This document shows positions 48,986-61,859 of a stretch of DNA of 64,000 nucleotides, one piece after another. The notes under the pieces were generated by a model. The model ran no database searches, had not been told where the DNA came from, and saw nothing but the letters and a program-made list of their open reading frames with translations. Source of the DNA: Mobula hypostoma (Eukaryota). The stretch's first letter is position 1. The number at the start of each line of letters is the position of its first letter. A program made the position numbers and the translations under genes. The DNA is taken from contig NC_086097.1 of assembly GCF_963921235.1 (NCBI RefSeq), positions 121,646,001 to 121,710,000 of the forward strand. Direction: 5' to 3'.

Positions 48986-49164
48986 CACAAAATCGAAGAA
49001 GATGGAGGTGCATAGCCGCCAACCCCGGATTCGGGACGGCACCCACTGACTGACTTAAAAATGATTTAAAAATGTTTCCCTTTTTGAATTTCCCTTTTTG
49101 AGATTCCCTTTCAGCAGTCAGGAAAACAATGTTTGAAGAAAAAAGTGAACTTTAAGAAAAATGT

Positions 49165-52100
49165 GCCAGTGAGAGTAAGAATAGGATGCTCTGGCGGATA
49201 AACGCGTGGCTGAGGAACTGGTGTAGGGGGCAGGGTTTCAGATTTCAGGATCATTGGGACCTCTTCTGGGGCAGGTGGGACTTGTACAAGAGAGACCGGT
49301 TACACCTGAACTACAGGGGGACCGACATCCTTGCAGGGAGGTTTGTTAGTGCTTTTGAGGAGGGTTTAAACTAGATTTACAGGGGGATGGGAACCAGAGT
49401 GCCAGAGCAGATAGTGGAGCTGGGGTGAAAATAAATGATGTTAAAAGTTCATGCAAAGTCACAAATAGAAGGGTTGTGTGTGGTGGTAATAATCTTCTGA
49501 GGTGTGTCTATTTCAATGCAAGGAGTATTGTGGGGAAGGCTGATGTGCTGAGGACGTGGATTAACACATGGAATTAGGACATTATCGCCATTAGTGAAAT
49601 TTGGCTGCAGAAGGGGCAGGACTGGCAGCTTAATGTTCCAGGGTTCCAATGTTTCAGACGTGATAGAGGTAGAGGAATGAAGGGTGAGGGGGGTGGGTGG
49701 GTTGGCATTGCTAGTCAGGGAAAATGTTACAGCAGTGCTCAGGCAGGACAGATTAGAGGGCTTGTCTACCAAGGTCATATGGGTGGAGCTGAGAAACAGG
49801 AAAGGTATGACCACATTAATGGGGTTGTATTATAGACCACCCAATAGTCAGCGAGAATTGGAGGAGCAGATCTGCAGAGAGATAGCAGACAACTGCAGAA
49901 AACATAAAGTTGTAATAGTAGGGGATTTTAATTTTCCACATATTGATTGGGATTCCCATACTGTTAAAGGTCTAGACGGGTTAGAGTTTGTAAAATGTGT
50001 TTAGGAAAATTTTCTAACTCAATATAGAGAAGTACCAACTAGAGAGGATGCAATATTAGATCTCCTATTGGGAAACGAGTTAGGACAGGCGACGAAAGTG
50101 TGTGTAGGGGAACACTTTGGTTTCAGTGATCGTAACACCATTAGTTTCAACTTGATCATGGATAAAGATAGATCTGGTCCTCGGGTTGAGGTTCTAAACT
50201 GGAAAAAGGCCAAATTTGAAGAAATGAGAAAGGATTTAAAAAGCGTGGATTGGGACAGGTTGTTCTCTGGCAAAGATGTGATTGGTAAGTGGGAAGCCTT
50301 CAAAGGAGAAATTTTGAGAGTGCAGAGTTTGTATGTTCCTGTCAGGATTAAAAGCAAAGTGAATAAGAATAAGGAACCTTGGTTGTCAAGGGATATTGGA
50401 ACTCTGATAAAGAAAGGGATGTATGACATGTATAGGAAAGAGGGAGCAAATAAGGTGCTTGAGGAGTATAAAAAGTGCAAAAAAATACTTCAGAAAGAAA
50501 TCAGGAGGGCTAAAAGAAGACAAGAGGTTGCTTTGGCAGTCAAGATGAAGGATAATCCAAAGAGCTTCTACAGATATATTAAGAGCAAAAGGATAGTAAG
50601 GGATAAAATTGGTCCTCTTGAAGATCAGAGTGGTCGGCTATGTATGGAACCAAAAGAAATGGGGGAGACCTTAAATGGTTTTTATTGCGTCTGTATTTAC
50701 TAAGGAAGCTGGCATGGAGTCAATGGAAATAAGGCAAACAAGTAGTGAGGTCATGGAACCTATACAGATTGAGGAGGAGGAGGTGCTCGCTATCCTGTGG
50801 CAAATCAGAGTAGATAAATCCTCAGGATTTGACAAGGTATTCCCTCAGACCTTGAAGGAGACTAGTGTTGAAATTGCAGGAGCCCTGGCAGATATATTTA
50901 AAATGTCGGTACCTACGGATGAGGTGCCGGAGGATTGGAGGACAGCTCAGGTTATTCCATTTTTTAAAAAAGGCTCTAAAAGTAATCTGGGAAATTATAG
51001 GCTGATAAAGTTGATGTCAGTAGTTGGTAAGTTATTGGAAGGAGTACTGAGAGATAGGACCTACAAGTATTTGGATAGACAGGGATTTATTAGGGAGAGT
51101 CAACATGGCTTTGTGCATGGTAGGTCATGTTTAACCAATCTATCAGAGTTTTTCGAGGAGGTTACCAGGAAAGTGGATGAACAAAAGCAGTGAATGTTGT
51201 CTACATGGACTTCAGTAAGGCCTTTGACAAGGTCCCGCATAGGAGGTTAGTTAGGAAAATTCAGTCGCTAGGTATACATGGAGAGGTAGTAAATTGGATT
51301 AGACATTGGCTCAATGGAAGAAGCCAGAAAGTGGTAGTGGAGGATTGCTTCTCTGAGTGGAGGCCTGTGACTAGTGGTGTGCCACAGGGATCAATGCTGG
51401 GTCCATCGTTATTTGTCATCTATATCAATAAGATCTGGATGATAATGTGGTAAATTGGATCAGCAAATTTGCTGATGATACAAAGATTGGAGGTGTAGTG
51501 GACAGTGAGAAAGGTTTTCAAAGCTTGCAGAGGGATTTAGACCAGCTGGAGAAATGGGCTAAAAATGGCAGATGGAGTTTAATACAGACAAGTGTGAGGT
51601 ATTGCACTTTGGAAGGACAAACCAAGGTAAAACACACAAGGTAAATGGTAGAGCACTGAGGTGTGCAGTAGAACAGAGGGATCTGGGAATACAAATATAA
51701 AATTCCCTAAAAGTGGCGTCACAGGTAGATAGGGTTGTAAAGAGAGCTTTTGGTACACTGGCTTTTATAAATCAAAGTATTGAGTATAAGAGTTGGAATG
51801 TTATGGTGAGGTTGTATAAGGCTATGGTGAGGTTGAACTTGGAGTACTGTGTACAATTTTGGTCAAATTGCAGGAAGGATATTAATAAGGTTGAAAGAAT
51901 GCAGAGAAGGTTTACACGGATGTTGCCGGGACTTGAGAAACTGAGTTACAGAGAAAGGTTGAATAGGTTAGGACTTTATTCCCTGGAGTGTAGAAGAATG
52001 AGGGGAGATTTGATAGAGGTATATAAAATTATGATGGGTATAGATAGAGTGAATGCAAGCAGGCTTTTTCCACTGAGGCAAGGGGAGAAAAAAACCAGAG

Positions 52101-52360
52101 GACATGGGTTAAGGGTGAAGGGGGAAAAGTTTAAAGGGAACATTGGGGGTGCTTCTTCACACAGAGAGTGGTGGGAGTTTGGAATGAGCTGCCAGATGAA
52201 GTGGTAAATGCGGGCTCACTTTTAACATTTAAAAAAAACTCGGACAGTTACATGGATGAGAGGTGTATGGAGGGATATGGTCCAGGTGCAGGTCGGTAGG
52301 ACTAGGCAGAAAATGGTTCTGTACAGCCAAGAAGGGCCAAAATGTTCTATGGTTCTATGG
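49165..52360 (+). mobile_element. CR1 LINE, 5'-truncated: end of ORF1 (esterase-like) plus disrupted ORF2 (APE-RT)
   Basis: LYKRDRLHLNYRGT (ORF1); [46 protein letters not shown]; tail ttctatggttctatgg. Confidence 0.95.
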
Positions 52361-52554
52361 TAATCTCTAATCCTAGAAAACTGCTACAATCAGTAAGGCC
52401 CTCTTGCAGCAAGTGAAACGACAGCTTACTTGCTGCTACTATTACAGGTGCTGAAGCAGCTTTATTTTAATCCATTTCTCGATGTAGGATTAACAAAGCC
52501 AAACGTATTACCAATAAGGACCACTAAGTAAATCTATAAGCTGCTGACCAACAT

Positions 52555-53135
52555 AACACATAGGAGTAGAATTAGACCATGTGGTCCATCGAGTCTGCTT
52601 CACCATTTAATCATGGCTGATCCTCTTTTTTTTCCCTCCTCAGTCCCACACCCCAGCCTTCTACCCGTAACCTTCGATGCCATGCGCAATCAAGAACCTA
52701 TCAATCCCTGCCTTAAATACACCCAATGATCTGGCCTCCACAGCTGCATGTGGTAATATATTCCACAAATTCACCACCCTCTAGCTAAAGAAATTTCTCT
52801 GCATCTCTGTTTTAAATGGACACCCCTCTATACTGAGGCTGTGCCCTCTTGTCCTGGACTCCCGCACGATGGGAAGCATCCTTTCCACATCTGCTGGCCT
52901 TTTAACTTTCGAAAGGTTTCAATGAGATCCCCCCCTCATCCTTATAAATTCCAGCGAGTACAGATCCAAGGCTATCAAACGTTCCTCATATGATAACCCT
53001 TTCATTCGCAGAATCATCCTTGTGAACCTCCTCTGAACCCTCTCCAGTATCAGTACATCTTTTCTTAGATGAGGAGCCCAGTACTGTTCACAAGACTCAT
53101 GGTGAGGCCTCACCAGTGCCTAATAAAGCCTCAGC
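52555..53135 (-). mobile_element. CR1 LINE 3' fragment
   Basis: LERVQRRFTRMI...LYSLEF. Confidence 0.85.
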
Positions 53136-53139
53136 CTCA

Positions 53140-53790
53140 TAATTCATTGAAAGTGGTGGCACAGGTCGATATAGGTCGAAAAGAAATCTTTCGGCACATT
53201 AGCCTTCATAAATCAAAGCATTAAGTACAGGAGATGGAATGTTAAGCTGAAGTTGTGTAAGACATTGGTGAGGCCTAATTTGGAGTATTGTGTGCAGTTT
53301 TGGTCACCTACCTACAGGAAAGATGTAAATAAGGTTAAAAAAGTACAGAGAAAATTTATGAAGATGTTGCCGGGACTGGAGGATCTGAACTATAAGGAAA
53401 GATTGAATAGGTTTCGACTTTATTCCTTGGAATGTAGAAAATTGAGAAAAGATTTGTTTGAGATGTGCAAAATTATGAGGAGTATAGATAGGATAAATGT
53501 AAGCAGGCTTTTTTCCACTGAAGTTGGGTGGGCCCACCACTGGTAGTCATGGGTTAGGGGTGAAAGGTGAATTGCTTAAGGGGAGCATGAGGGGAACCTT
53601 CTTCACTCAGAGGGTCATGAGGGTATGGAGCAAGCTGCCAGCGCAAGTGGGATGTGTGCTTGATGTTGATGTTTAAGAGAAGTTTGGATGGGTACATGGA
53701 GGGCTATGGTCTGGGTGCAGGTCAATGGGACTAGTTAGTTTAACTAGATGGGCCAAAGGGCCTGTTTCTGTGCTGTACCTTTCTATGAGT
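53140..53790 (+). mobile_element. CR1 LINE 3' fragment
   Basis: LVRPNLEYCVQFWSPTYRKDV; tail gggccaaagggcctgtttctgtgctgta. Confidence 0.85.
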
Positions 53791-54178
53791 CTGTGACTCT
53801 GTTCAAGATTGTTTAATGTCATTTCCAGTACACAAGTATAATGTGGAACAAAATAATTGTTTCTCTGGGCCTGTTGCAGCCCCAAAAAACACACCAATGT
53901 AAATAACGTAATAAAAACATTAAATATAAATACATAAGATAGCTTATATACCGATATTTAGAATATGTACTTAAAGTGACACTATGTACAGGACTGTCTG
54001 TACATTAGATGAGTCTGAAAGGAAACGATAAATTAGTGGTGGTGGAGGGTGTGCTATGGGGTGCATCAGTGGGTGGAGGTGGAGGTGTTGAAGAACCTTA
54101 CTGCTTGGGGAGATTAACTGTCTAACAGTCTGTCAAAATCTATCTGACAGAAAGTAACTGTCTGTCAATATCCTAATA

Positions 54179-54251
54179 CAGGGATTCCCAGCCTTTTTTA
54201 TGCCATGCCCATTAACCGAGGGATCCATGGATCTCAGATTGGGATCCCCTG
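54179..54251. mobile_element. Short hAT/Charlie-like MITE
   Basis: Imperfect TIRs cagggattccca / tgggatcccctg; the 8-bp flanks are only partly similar. Confidence 0.5.
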
Positions 54252-54279
54252 GTCTACGATATAGACAAAAAGTCATCTA

Positions 54280-55140
54280 AATTCAAAGTAAATTTATCAT
54301 CAAAGTACATAAATGTCACCATATGCTACCCTAAGATTCATTTTTCTCATTGGCATTCACAGTAAAATACAAAGAAACACAATCGAATGAATGAAAAACG
54401 GCACACAAAGACAAACAACCAGTGTGCAAACAACAACAATTGTGTAAGTTCAAAACAGAAGAACACAAAATAATAATAATAATAAAATAAATAATATTGA
54501 GAATATGACTTGTTGATTCCTTGAAAGTGAGTCCCTGTGTGCGGTGCTGGGGTAAGTGAAATTATCCACTCTGGTTCAGGAGCCTGATGGTTGGGGCAGG
54601 TGGGTAATAACTTTTCCTGAACCTGGTGGTGTGGGGCTTAAGGCTCCCTATGCCACCTCCCTGTTGCAGCAGCGAGAGAAAGCATGACTTAGTTGGGGGG
54701 GGGGGGTCCTTGATCACGAATGCTGCTTTCTTGTGACAGCATTCCTCACAGATGTGCTCAGTGGTGGGGAGGCCTGTACCCGTGATGGACTGGGCTCTGT
54801 CCACTACTTTTTGTAGGCTTGTCCATTCAAGGGCATTGGTGTTTCCATACCAAGCCATGATGTAACAAGTCAGTATACTCTCCACCATACATCAATGGAA
54901 GTTTGTCAAAACTTTAGAGGATCAGTTGAATCTTCGCAAACTGCTAAGGAAGCAGAGGTGCTGCCGTGCCTCCTTAGTTACAGCACTAATGAGCTGGACC
55001 CAGGACAGATCTTCTGAAATGACAACACCGAGGAATTTAAAGCTACAAACCTTCTCTATCTCTGATCTCCTGATGAGGACTGACTCAAGAACCTCAGGTT
55101 TCCTCCTCCTGTAGTTAATAATCAGCTATCTGGTTTTGCT
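54280..55140 (-). mobile_element. Rex1/Babar-type LINE 3' fragment
   Basis: VESILTCYIMAWYGN...TTRFRKSYYP. Confidence 0.85.
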
Positions 55141-56424
55141 GACGTGTGAGTAACCAGTTCAACAGAACCTACTCCGTGTAACTTCACAGGTAACCTGCTA
55201 TTCTCCATTTAAAAGGTGCAGGTAACAATTACAGCTGAGATATTCTTGGAACCACCAGATGCAGAATGTAAAATATTGAAAACAGGCTATTTCATTAAAA
55301 GAATCTTTTTTCTGTTGATGATGCTTTTATTTTCTTTCTTTAAGTTACAAAGAAACTGGGTCACCTTTTGTTAGTTTTGAGGATGCTATGTGCCAATTTT
55401 GCTCACGGAAAGGTTGTGATCTTGTCAAACTCAGGGCGTATGTAATTGAACAAGTTGTGCAATACAAGATGACTTCAAAAGTATACATATTGGACTCCAA
55501 TTGAGGAAGCAGTTTCCAAAGAAATCCTGTCATTGGCAGATTGAGATCAATAACCACTTCATTCCTAGAAATAGTTACACCTGTGAACCTGGAATTTTAA
55601 AATGAGAAAATAAATTCCAATTTTTCTATTTCTCTTGCCACACAATCAAGGCTGACTTTATTATTAGGCTCAGGCATTAGCACTGCTCCCTGCTAACTGT
55701 ATGAACTCCCTGTCTTGCAAAGGATCTAAATTCATACCCAAACTATCATTTTACATTAAAACTATCAAAGAATGGGTGGCATTTATTTCTTTTTCTGAAA
55801 TTATTAGTCTTGTTTGAGAATACCAGTTGCTCTATAGAGTAAAATCAAACCCTTCCACAATTTCATATTCCCAAGAAAGTGAAGAAAGGCAACTGGTAAC
55901 TTAAAATTGTTTTTTTTCAGAAAACTAGCTAATAGTTTTTCTTTGGTAACAAGAGAAATTGCTGGAAGTACTTAAGTGAGTTAACATCTATGGGGAGAAC
56001 AGACAAGTTAATAAAACATACAGCTCTTCTGAATGTGTTTCAAACAAGTAGGCCGAGTTTGATTTATGGTTTGCCTTTTTTTATTCTTCCCTATTGTCTT
56101 CTATTTTCATTATTACGAAAATCTTCTGGGATGAGCATTTTAGTCCATTGATTCCCCACAAGTGCCCTCATTCTAACAGGGCACACTTTTAAGCTGCAGT
56201 TTACAAAGCCAAACCTTGACATGCTGACTATTGAAATTAACTCCATACAGCCAATATTTGGACTGGCTTGCATTTATCTGTAGCCAGCACATGCTTAGCT
56301 CCTGCTTGTGTAAGAGAGCCTGATTCTATTCATGGAATATGTTCTCTAACTCCGTCGGAATAGATGGTTGGTTTTACTTCGTTTTAAAGCTTATAATTAC
56401 TTACTTGTTTTTATTGCAAAAATC

Positions 56425-56825
56425 AGAATCAGAATTCTGTTTAATATCACTGGCATACGTCCATGAATTTTGTTGTTCTACGGCAGCAGTACATTGCAAT
56501 ACATAATAATAATAACTATAAATTACAATAAGAAGTGTATGTGTATATATATATTTAAATTAAAAAGTCGTGCAAGAAGAGAAAAAAGAAAGAAAAAATA
56601 CTGAGGTACGTGGGTTTATTGTCCATCCACAAATCTGATGTTGGAGGAGAGGAAATTGTTCTTAATATGTTGTGTGTGTATCTTCAAACTCCTTTATCTC
56701 CTCAGTGACGGTGGTAATAAGAAGAAAGCACATCCTTGGTGATGGGGGCCAACAATGGATTGCTACCTTTTGAAGGTGTCCTGGATGCTGGGAGGCTAGT
56801 CCCCAAGATGGAGCAGCTGAGTTGG
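56425..56825 (-). mobile_element. Rex1/Babar-type LINE 3' end
   Basis: aatcagaatcagaat tail repeats and a 3' UTR like 45440-45780. Confidence 0.7.
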
Positions 56826-56827
56826 TT

Positions 56828-57250
56828 CAGTCGTCCCTTTTCACTGATCTCCCTCCTGGCACCTATCCCAGCAAGCGGGACCAATACTACACTTGCCTCT
56901 ACATCTCTTCCCTCACCATCATTCGGGGCCCAAAACCAGTCCTTCCTAGTGAAGCAACATTTCACACTCAAGTCTGTTGTGTCATCTACTGTATCCAGTG
57001 CTCAAGTGCTGCCTCCTCTATATCAGTGAGACCTGATGTAGATTGGGGGACTACTTTGTCAAACATCTTTGCTCCATCCACCACAAAAGGCTGAATTTCC
57101 CAGTGGCCACCCATTTTAATTCTACTTTCCACTCTCATTGCAACATGACCTCCTCAATTACCACAATAAGGCCACTCTCAGGTTGGAAGAACAACACCTA
57201 TATTCCTTCAAGGTATTCTCCCACTTGAGTGGATGAACATGAATTATAGA
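56828..57250 (+). mobile_element. Old PLE GIY-YIG fragment
   Basis: TDLPPGTYP...YTC..SSLTIIRGPK...VIYCIQCS; homologous to 30020-30460. Confidence 0.85.
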
Positions 57251-58019
57251 CCTGTATTCCCAAATTCCTCTGTTCTACCACACTCCTCAGTGCCCTAATG
57301 TTCTTTGTGTAATTCCTGGCCTGGCTTGTTCTCCCAAAGTGCAATACCTCACACTTGTCTGCAGTAAATTCCATTTACCATATTTCAGATCATTTTTCCA
57401 GTTAGTCCTACTGTAAGCCCACAGCTGTTCTCCAAGTATCTCATTTCCAGCCTTCAAACCATAACAACACCACAGTCCCATCTGGCTTTACATTGCCTTA
57501 ACTTCTCTCTCTGTAAAACAATGCATCATCTGTTACTGTCACTTGTCAATCCATCATTCCCAGCTCACAATTTGGCCAAGTATTCTCGCATGCCTTGTAT
57601 AACTAGATTATTTACTCTAACATTAAGTGTAACTCCTCAGATTTTCCTTCAGTCCTTCCTGGTAGCCCCTGGACAGATACATTCAGTCCAGTGTAACACA
57701 ACTACTAAATCTAAATCTAAAATATAAATATAGTTTCAATTCCCCTGTTGTTTATTACTTTCTAATTCCCAGCAGATTTTGAATAACATCCTTTCCAAAA
57801 AACACAGTCCTCCTCCAGTTTTCTCTGCAGCTAACTTCATTTTTGATTTAATTCACTGGAGTACTCTGTCTAGTGTCCGTTTTCCATTTTAGTACTGAGA
57901 TATCTTGTAAGCCCATTGTTCTGTAGTACTGAATACAAATTACAGTTGCCATTACAATCATTTGGAGTGTTACTGTATGATGGTAAAAGGATAGTCCAAT
58001 AACCTGGGTTCAAACCTGA

Positions 58020-58715
58020 CCTTGGGTGTTGCTTATCTGCTTCTCCAGCCCCTTACCTTTTCCACCTATCACTGCCCAGCTTCTCGCTTCAACCTTTCTC
58101 CATCACCCACCCACCTTCCCCCTCACTTGGTTTCACCTTATCAACTGCCAGCTTGTACATCTCCACCCCACACCTTATTCTGGCTTTTTCCCCCATCCTT
58201 TCCAGTCCTGATGAAGGGTCGCTGCCTGGAAATGTTGACTTTATTCCTTTCCATAGATGCCGCCCTCCAAGAGGAGCACAGCCTTGCGGTTTGGAGGCTT
58301 GTGTGCGCGTGCCTCAATGACCCGGAGAGCTATGTTGGCTGAAGTCAGGGCTTTATGCTTTGGCTCTTGATAGAGGCCAGTCTAAGAGTGGTCCACTGAT
58401 CCTCCAGGTTCAGGGGCTCAGCTCAGGGCTAACAACCCTTACACGTAAAACAAAATTGTTATGGAAAAAGCAAGGAACAATCCTTCTTCATCTGAGTGCA
58501 ATGGTATTCTTGTGTCTCCACTCAGGACTTGCATGACAGCCAGTAGTGAAATCCGAGAGGAAGCTACTGACATGATGAATGAAGCCCTGAATGCCGTTTG
58601 AGATGGAGGATCTTCATTGCTGCCCTAAATGCCAGCGGCGTAATGGGCAGAAAATAAGTAAGCATAGATGCTGCCGGTCCTGCTGAGTTCCATCAGCATT
58701 TTGTGTGTGTTTGCA
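58020..58715 (+). mobile_element. PLE pLTR fragment (hammerhead-like motif 58204-58240) interrupted by an RTE-derived element
   Basis: agtcctgatgaagggtc...gaaatgttgact; the pLTR resumes after 58662 (agatgctgcc...gagttcc...ttttgtgtg). Confidence 0.8.
58265..58662 (+). mobile_element. Non-autonomous RTE-derived bipartite element
   Basis: TSD catagatgc(c/t)gcc at 58252-58264 and 58663-58675; RTE-type gggctaacaaccc...cgtaaaa motif; 3' tail like that of the RTE at 60290-60355. Confidence 0.8.
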
Positions 58716-59375
58716 TATTTCCATGTACTTTGCTGCATTCTCAATCACATTACAGACTCCCAGTGAATTTTTTTATACTGTAACATCAATGAACCAGATA
58801 ATTTTAGAAAAGAACATTGTTTTACTATGTTTCTTTAGAATGCAACATCGATTTAATCCTTTTTTTCCTAATCAAGTTTATAATTCCTTGGCAACCTCTG
58901 ATGTTGGCTGTGGGAGGAGTCAATCCGGAAAAAAAAAGCATTATCCCCTAAACTTGAGGTAATGGAATTAAACTATGTTTTAGTAAATGTTCACATAGCA
59001 AATAATAGTTAACATTTTAATTTAGACTGCGTGAAACTGAAGCTACTCTGCTCAACTACAGCTACAGCATTTTAAAACACCTTTGATTTTAAACTAGTGT
59101 CATTTAGGAAATTATAAAATCAGAAAATTCTGGAATTACCCAGCATGTCAGGTAGCCTCTGACTGCAGAAGCAAGAGAGTGAAGGTGTTGTAAACACTCC
59201 AGCCACTTAATTAGCACGTCTTCTGTACTCTGTCAAATGGTGTGCCAAACTAATTAAATGTGTAAGTGCCTATCTGAACTAATCCCTTCTACCTACACAG
59301 TGTCTATTGTCCTCAATTCTCAGCACATTCATGTACCTATCTGAGAGCCTCTGAAATGACTTATATTTGCCTCCA

Positions 59376-60355
59376 AAATTGTTAAGCTTATCCAGAGTTT
59401 CTATTCTAACTTCATCTGAATAATTGTGGACTTAATTTGAGCTTTGAAGTCAAGACAAGTCAGGCAAGGCTCTATGATGTCGGCGATATTGATTAACTTG
59501 GTGATTGACTGGGTTATGAGGCAGACAGTGAAAGATGAACAGAGAGGCATTGAGTGGACTCTATTCTCTACTTTGGAAGACCTTGACTTTACGGATGAAT
59601 TCACATACTGTCACATACACGCCAGCACATGTAAGAGAAAACACAGCACCTGTGTATCTTCGGTGGACAGCTTGGACTCAGAGCCAGCCAGAGAAAGACT
59701 GAGAGCGTGCCCCTCAATGTAGAGTCTCCCGTCAAGGCATAGGACATCAACTTACCCTGCACTGGCAGATTCACCAACCTGGGCACCATCATTCCGCAGG
59801 ATGGTGGGACCGAGGACGACTCCAGTGCAGGCTCAGCAAAGCTAGAAAAGCCTTCAGTTCAATGAGCAGCATATGGGGTTCAACCAAGTACAGCGTCCAC
59901 AGCAAGGTGAAGCTGTACCACAGCTGTGTTCTGTCGCCACTCTTGTTCGGGTCAGAGTGCCGGCGCGTGACAGAGACTGGCCTTGCCAAGCTGCCATCGT
60001 TCCACACCATGAGCCTCTGGATGATCCTCCAAGAAAGATCTCTAACCACGCCCTACTCCTTCATTGTCACCCTGAGGACGTGGCCGCAATCACCATGAGG
60101 AAACATTGGAGGTGGATTGGGCAGATGTTGAGAAGAGAGGCCAACTCCATCATCAAGAAAGCACTTCATTGGACCCCTGAAGGGCAGAGGAAACGCGGGA
60201 GACTAAAGACAACTTGGCACTGTACGGTAGAGGCAGAAATGAGGGCCCTGAACCACACCTGGTGTGCATTAGAGAAGACGGCCAACAACAGACAGATAGA
60301 GGAACTTCATTACTGCCCCAAATGCCAGTGGCATAACAGGCAGTAACTAACTAGC
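59376..60355 (+). mobile_element. RTE-clade LINE 3' fragment
   Basis: VRQG...VIDWVMR...LEDLDFTD; WRWIGQMLRRE...ALHWTPEGQRKRGRLKTTW; (taac)n tail; 14-bp TSD tatatttgcctcca at 59362-59375 and 60356-60369. Confidence 0.92.
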
Positions 60356-60680
60356 TATATTTGCCTCCATTACTGTCCCCGACAGTGCACTCCAGGCACA
60401 CCCCACTCTCTGTGTAAAATAATTTTCCCCATACATCTCCTTTGAACTTACCCCCCCCACCTTAAAAGCAGAGCTCTACAGAGGATACAATCACTGTCTC
60501 CCTCTTTAGCAGTTAGCACAGAATCAGTGAAATAATCTGCACTTCTTACAGGCAGGTTTTAATGTAAAAAGCTTTTTATGCTGCTGCAGAAAGAGGGAAG
60601 GTATTAAAACACTCATAGAAGCTTTCGATTTTAATTTCAAGATGCTATCGCATTTCCTGTACACAATAGCAATCAGGAGG

Positions 60681-60817
60681 AGCCCTGATGAAGGGTCTCA
60701 GCCTGAAATGTTGACTCTTTATTCTTCTCCATAGATGCTGCCTGATCTGCTGAGTTCCTCCAGCGTTTGGTGTGTGTTGCTCTGGACTTGCAGCAACTGC
60801 AGAATCTCTTGTGTTTA
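60681..60817 (+). mobile_element. PLE pLTR 3' end with hammerhead-like motif (60681-60716)
   Basis: agcc-ctgatga-agggtctcagcct-gaaa-tg-tt^gact followed by the pLTR terminus. Confidence 0.8.
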
Positions 60818-61859
60818 TGGTAATCTAGAAGTTTGGTAGTTAAAAGCAAGTATGTACTGAAACTTCAGATCTAGTTCAATATTCCTCCCATATGCACTGT
60901 GCTGTGCCCCTTGTAACATTTGGTGGTATACATGAGTATGGCTGAATGAAAATGAACTTAAACTTGAGCTTGACTTAAACTAGTAAAAGCCTAACTAAAC
61001 CAATCCCTTCTACCTACACAATGACCATTAGCATTCATTCTCAGTACATCCATGTGCCCATCCAAGAGCCTCTGAAATGCCTCTTCCGTATTTGCCTCCA
61101 CCACCAGCCCAGGCACCCACCACTATCTGTGTAAAGGTAAGACAGTTTTCCCCATAACATCTCTGTTGGATTTACCCCCCCCCCCACCTTAAATGTAGAG
61201 CTTTGTGGAGCGTGCAATCACTGTCTCCTCTTTGGTAGCTAGCACCGGATCAGTGAAATGAATCTACTTTTTATCGACTGGTTTCACTGTAAAAACCACT
61301 GATATTTAATCTCAGATTAAACAAAGTGTAACAGAGGTTTTAAATGGCATTCTATACAGTTTATGCCAAACAACCTTCTTAACTGTGAAAAAATAAACTG
61401 ATTTTATGAATAAATATGTCAATTTTTCATGGATTTTAAAATTAGTTTTTACTTTTTTTCCTGTTATCTCCCCCTGTGGTGTAGGTCGAGATCTTTCAGT
61501 GAAAGATAAGAAGGGATAAGTCCTATAGGGCCATTAAAATAAAAACTTAGCTTCATCTTTAAAGCTCCCCCTCCCCAGGCAATTAATCTGATCAACTATT
61601 CTGGTTTGCCACCCCACCCTTTCTGTTACCTCAGTCACTGTGCTGTACTGCGAACACTTTAAATGCTTTTTAGAATGCTGTTTACATTGTAAATGCATGC
61701 TGGTACTGTATTTACGCACATTTTATTCTACATCTGTATATTAGCCTCTAACTTTATCGTTATATAATGGTTAATTTTTATAATTGCTGAATACCGTTGC
61801 ACACTGTGCCCTGACCAACACAGCACAACAAATTCCTAACACTTTTTTTTAGGTTATGA

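Noticed and set aside
48706..49053. 115-aa ORF as a real gene or intact ZFTRAF1 exon
   Set aside because: Only 48844-48985 is homologous in that frame, the downstream motif sits upstream in another frame, and there are no further exons or splice signals.
55345..55590. Possible - strand exon (acceptor-like ttttaaaattccag, ~80 open codons)
   Set aside because: No recognisable protein similarity and no partner exons; cannot be supported without a search or RNA data.
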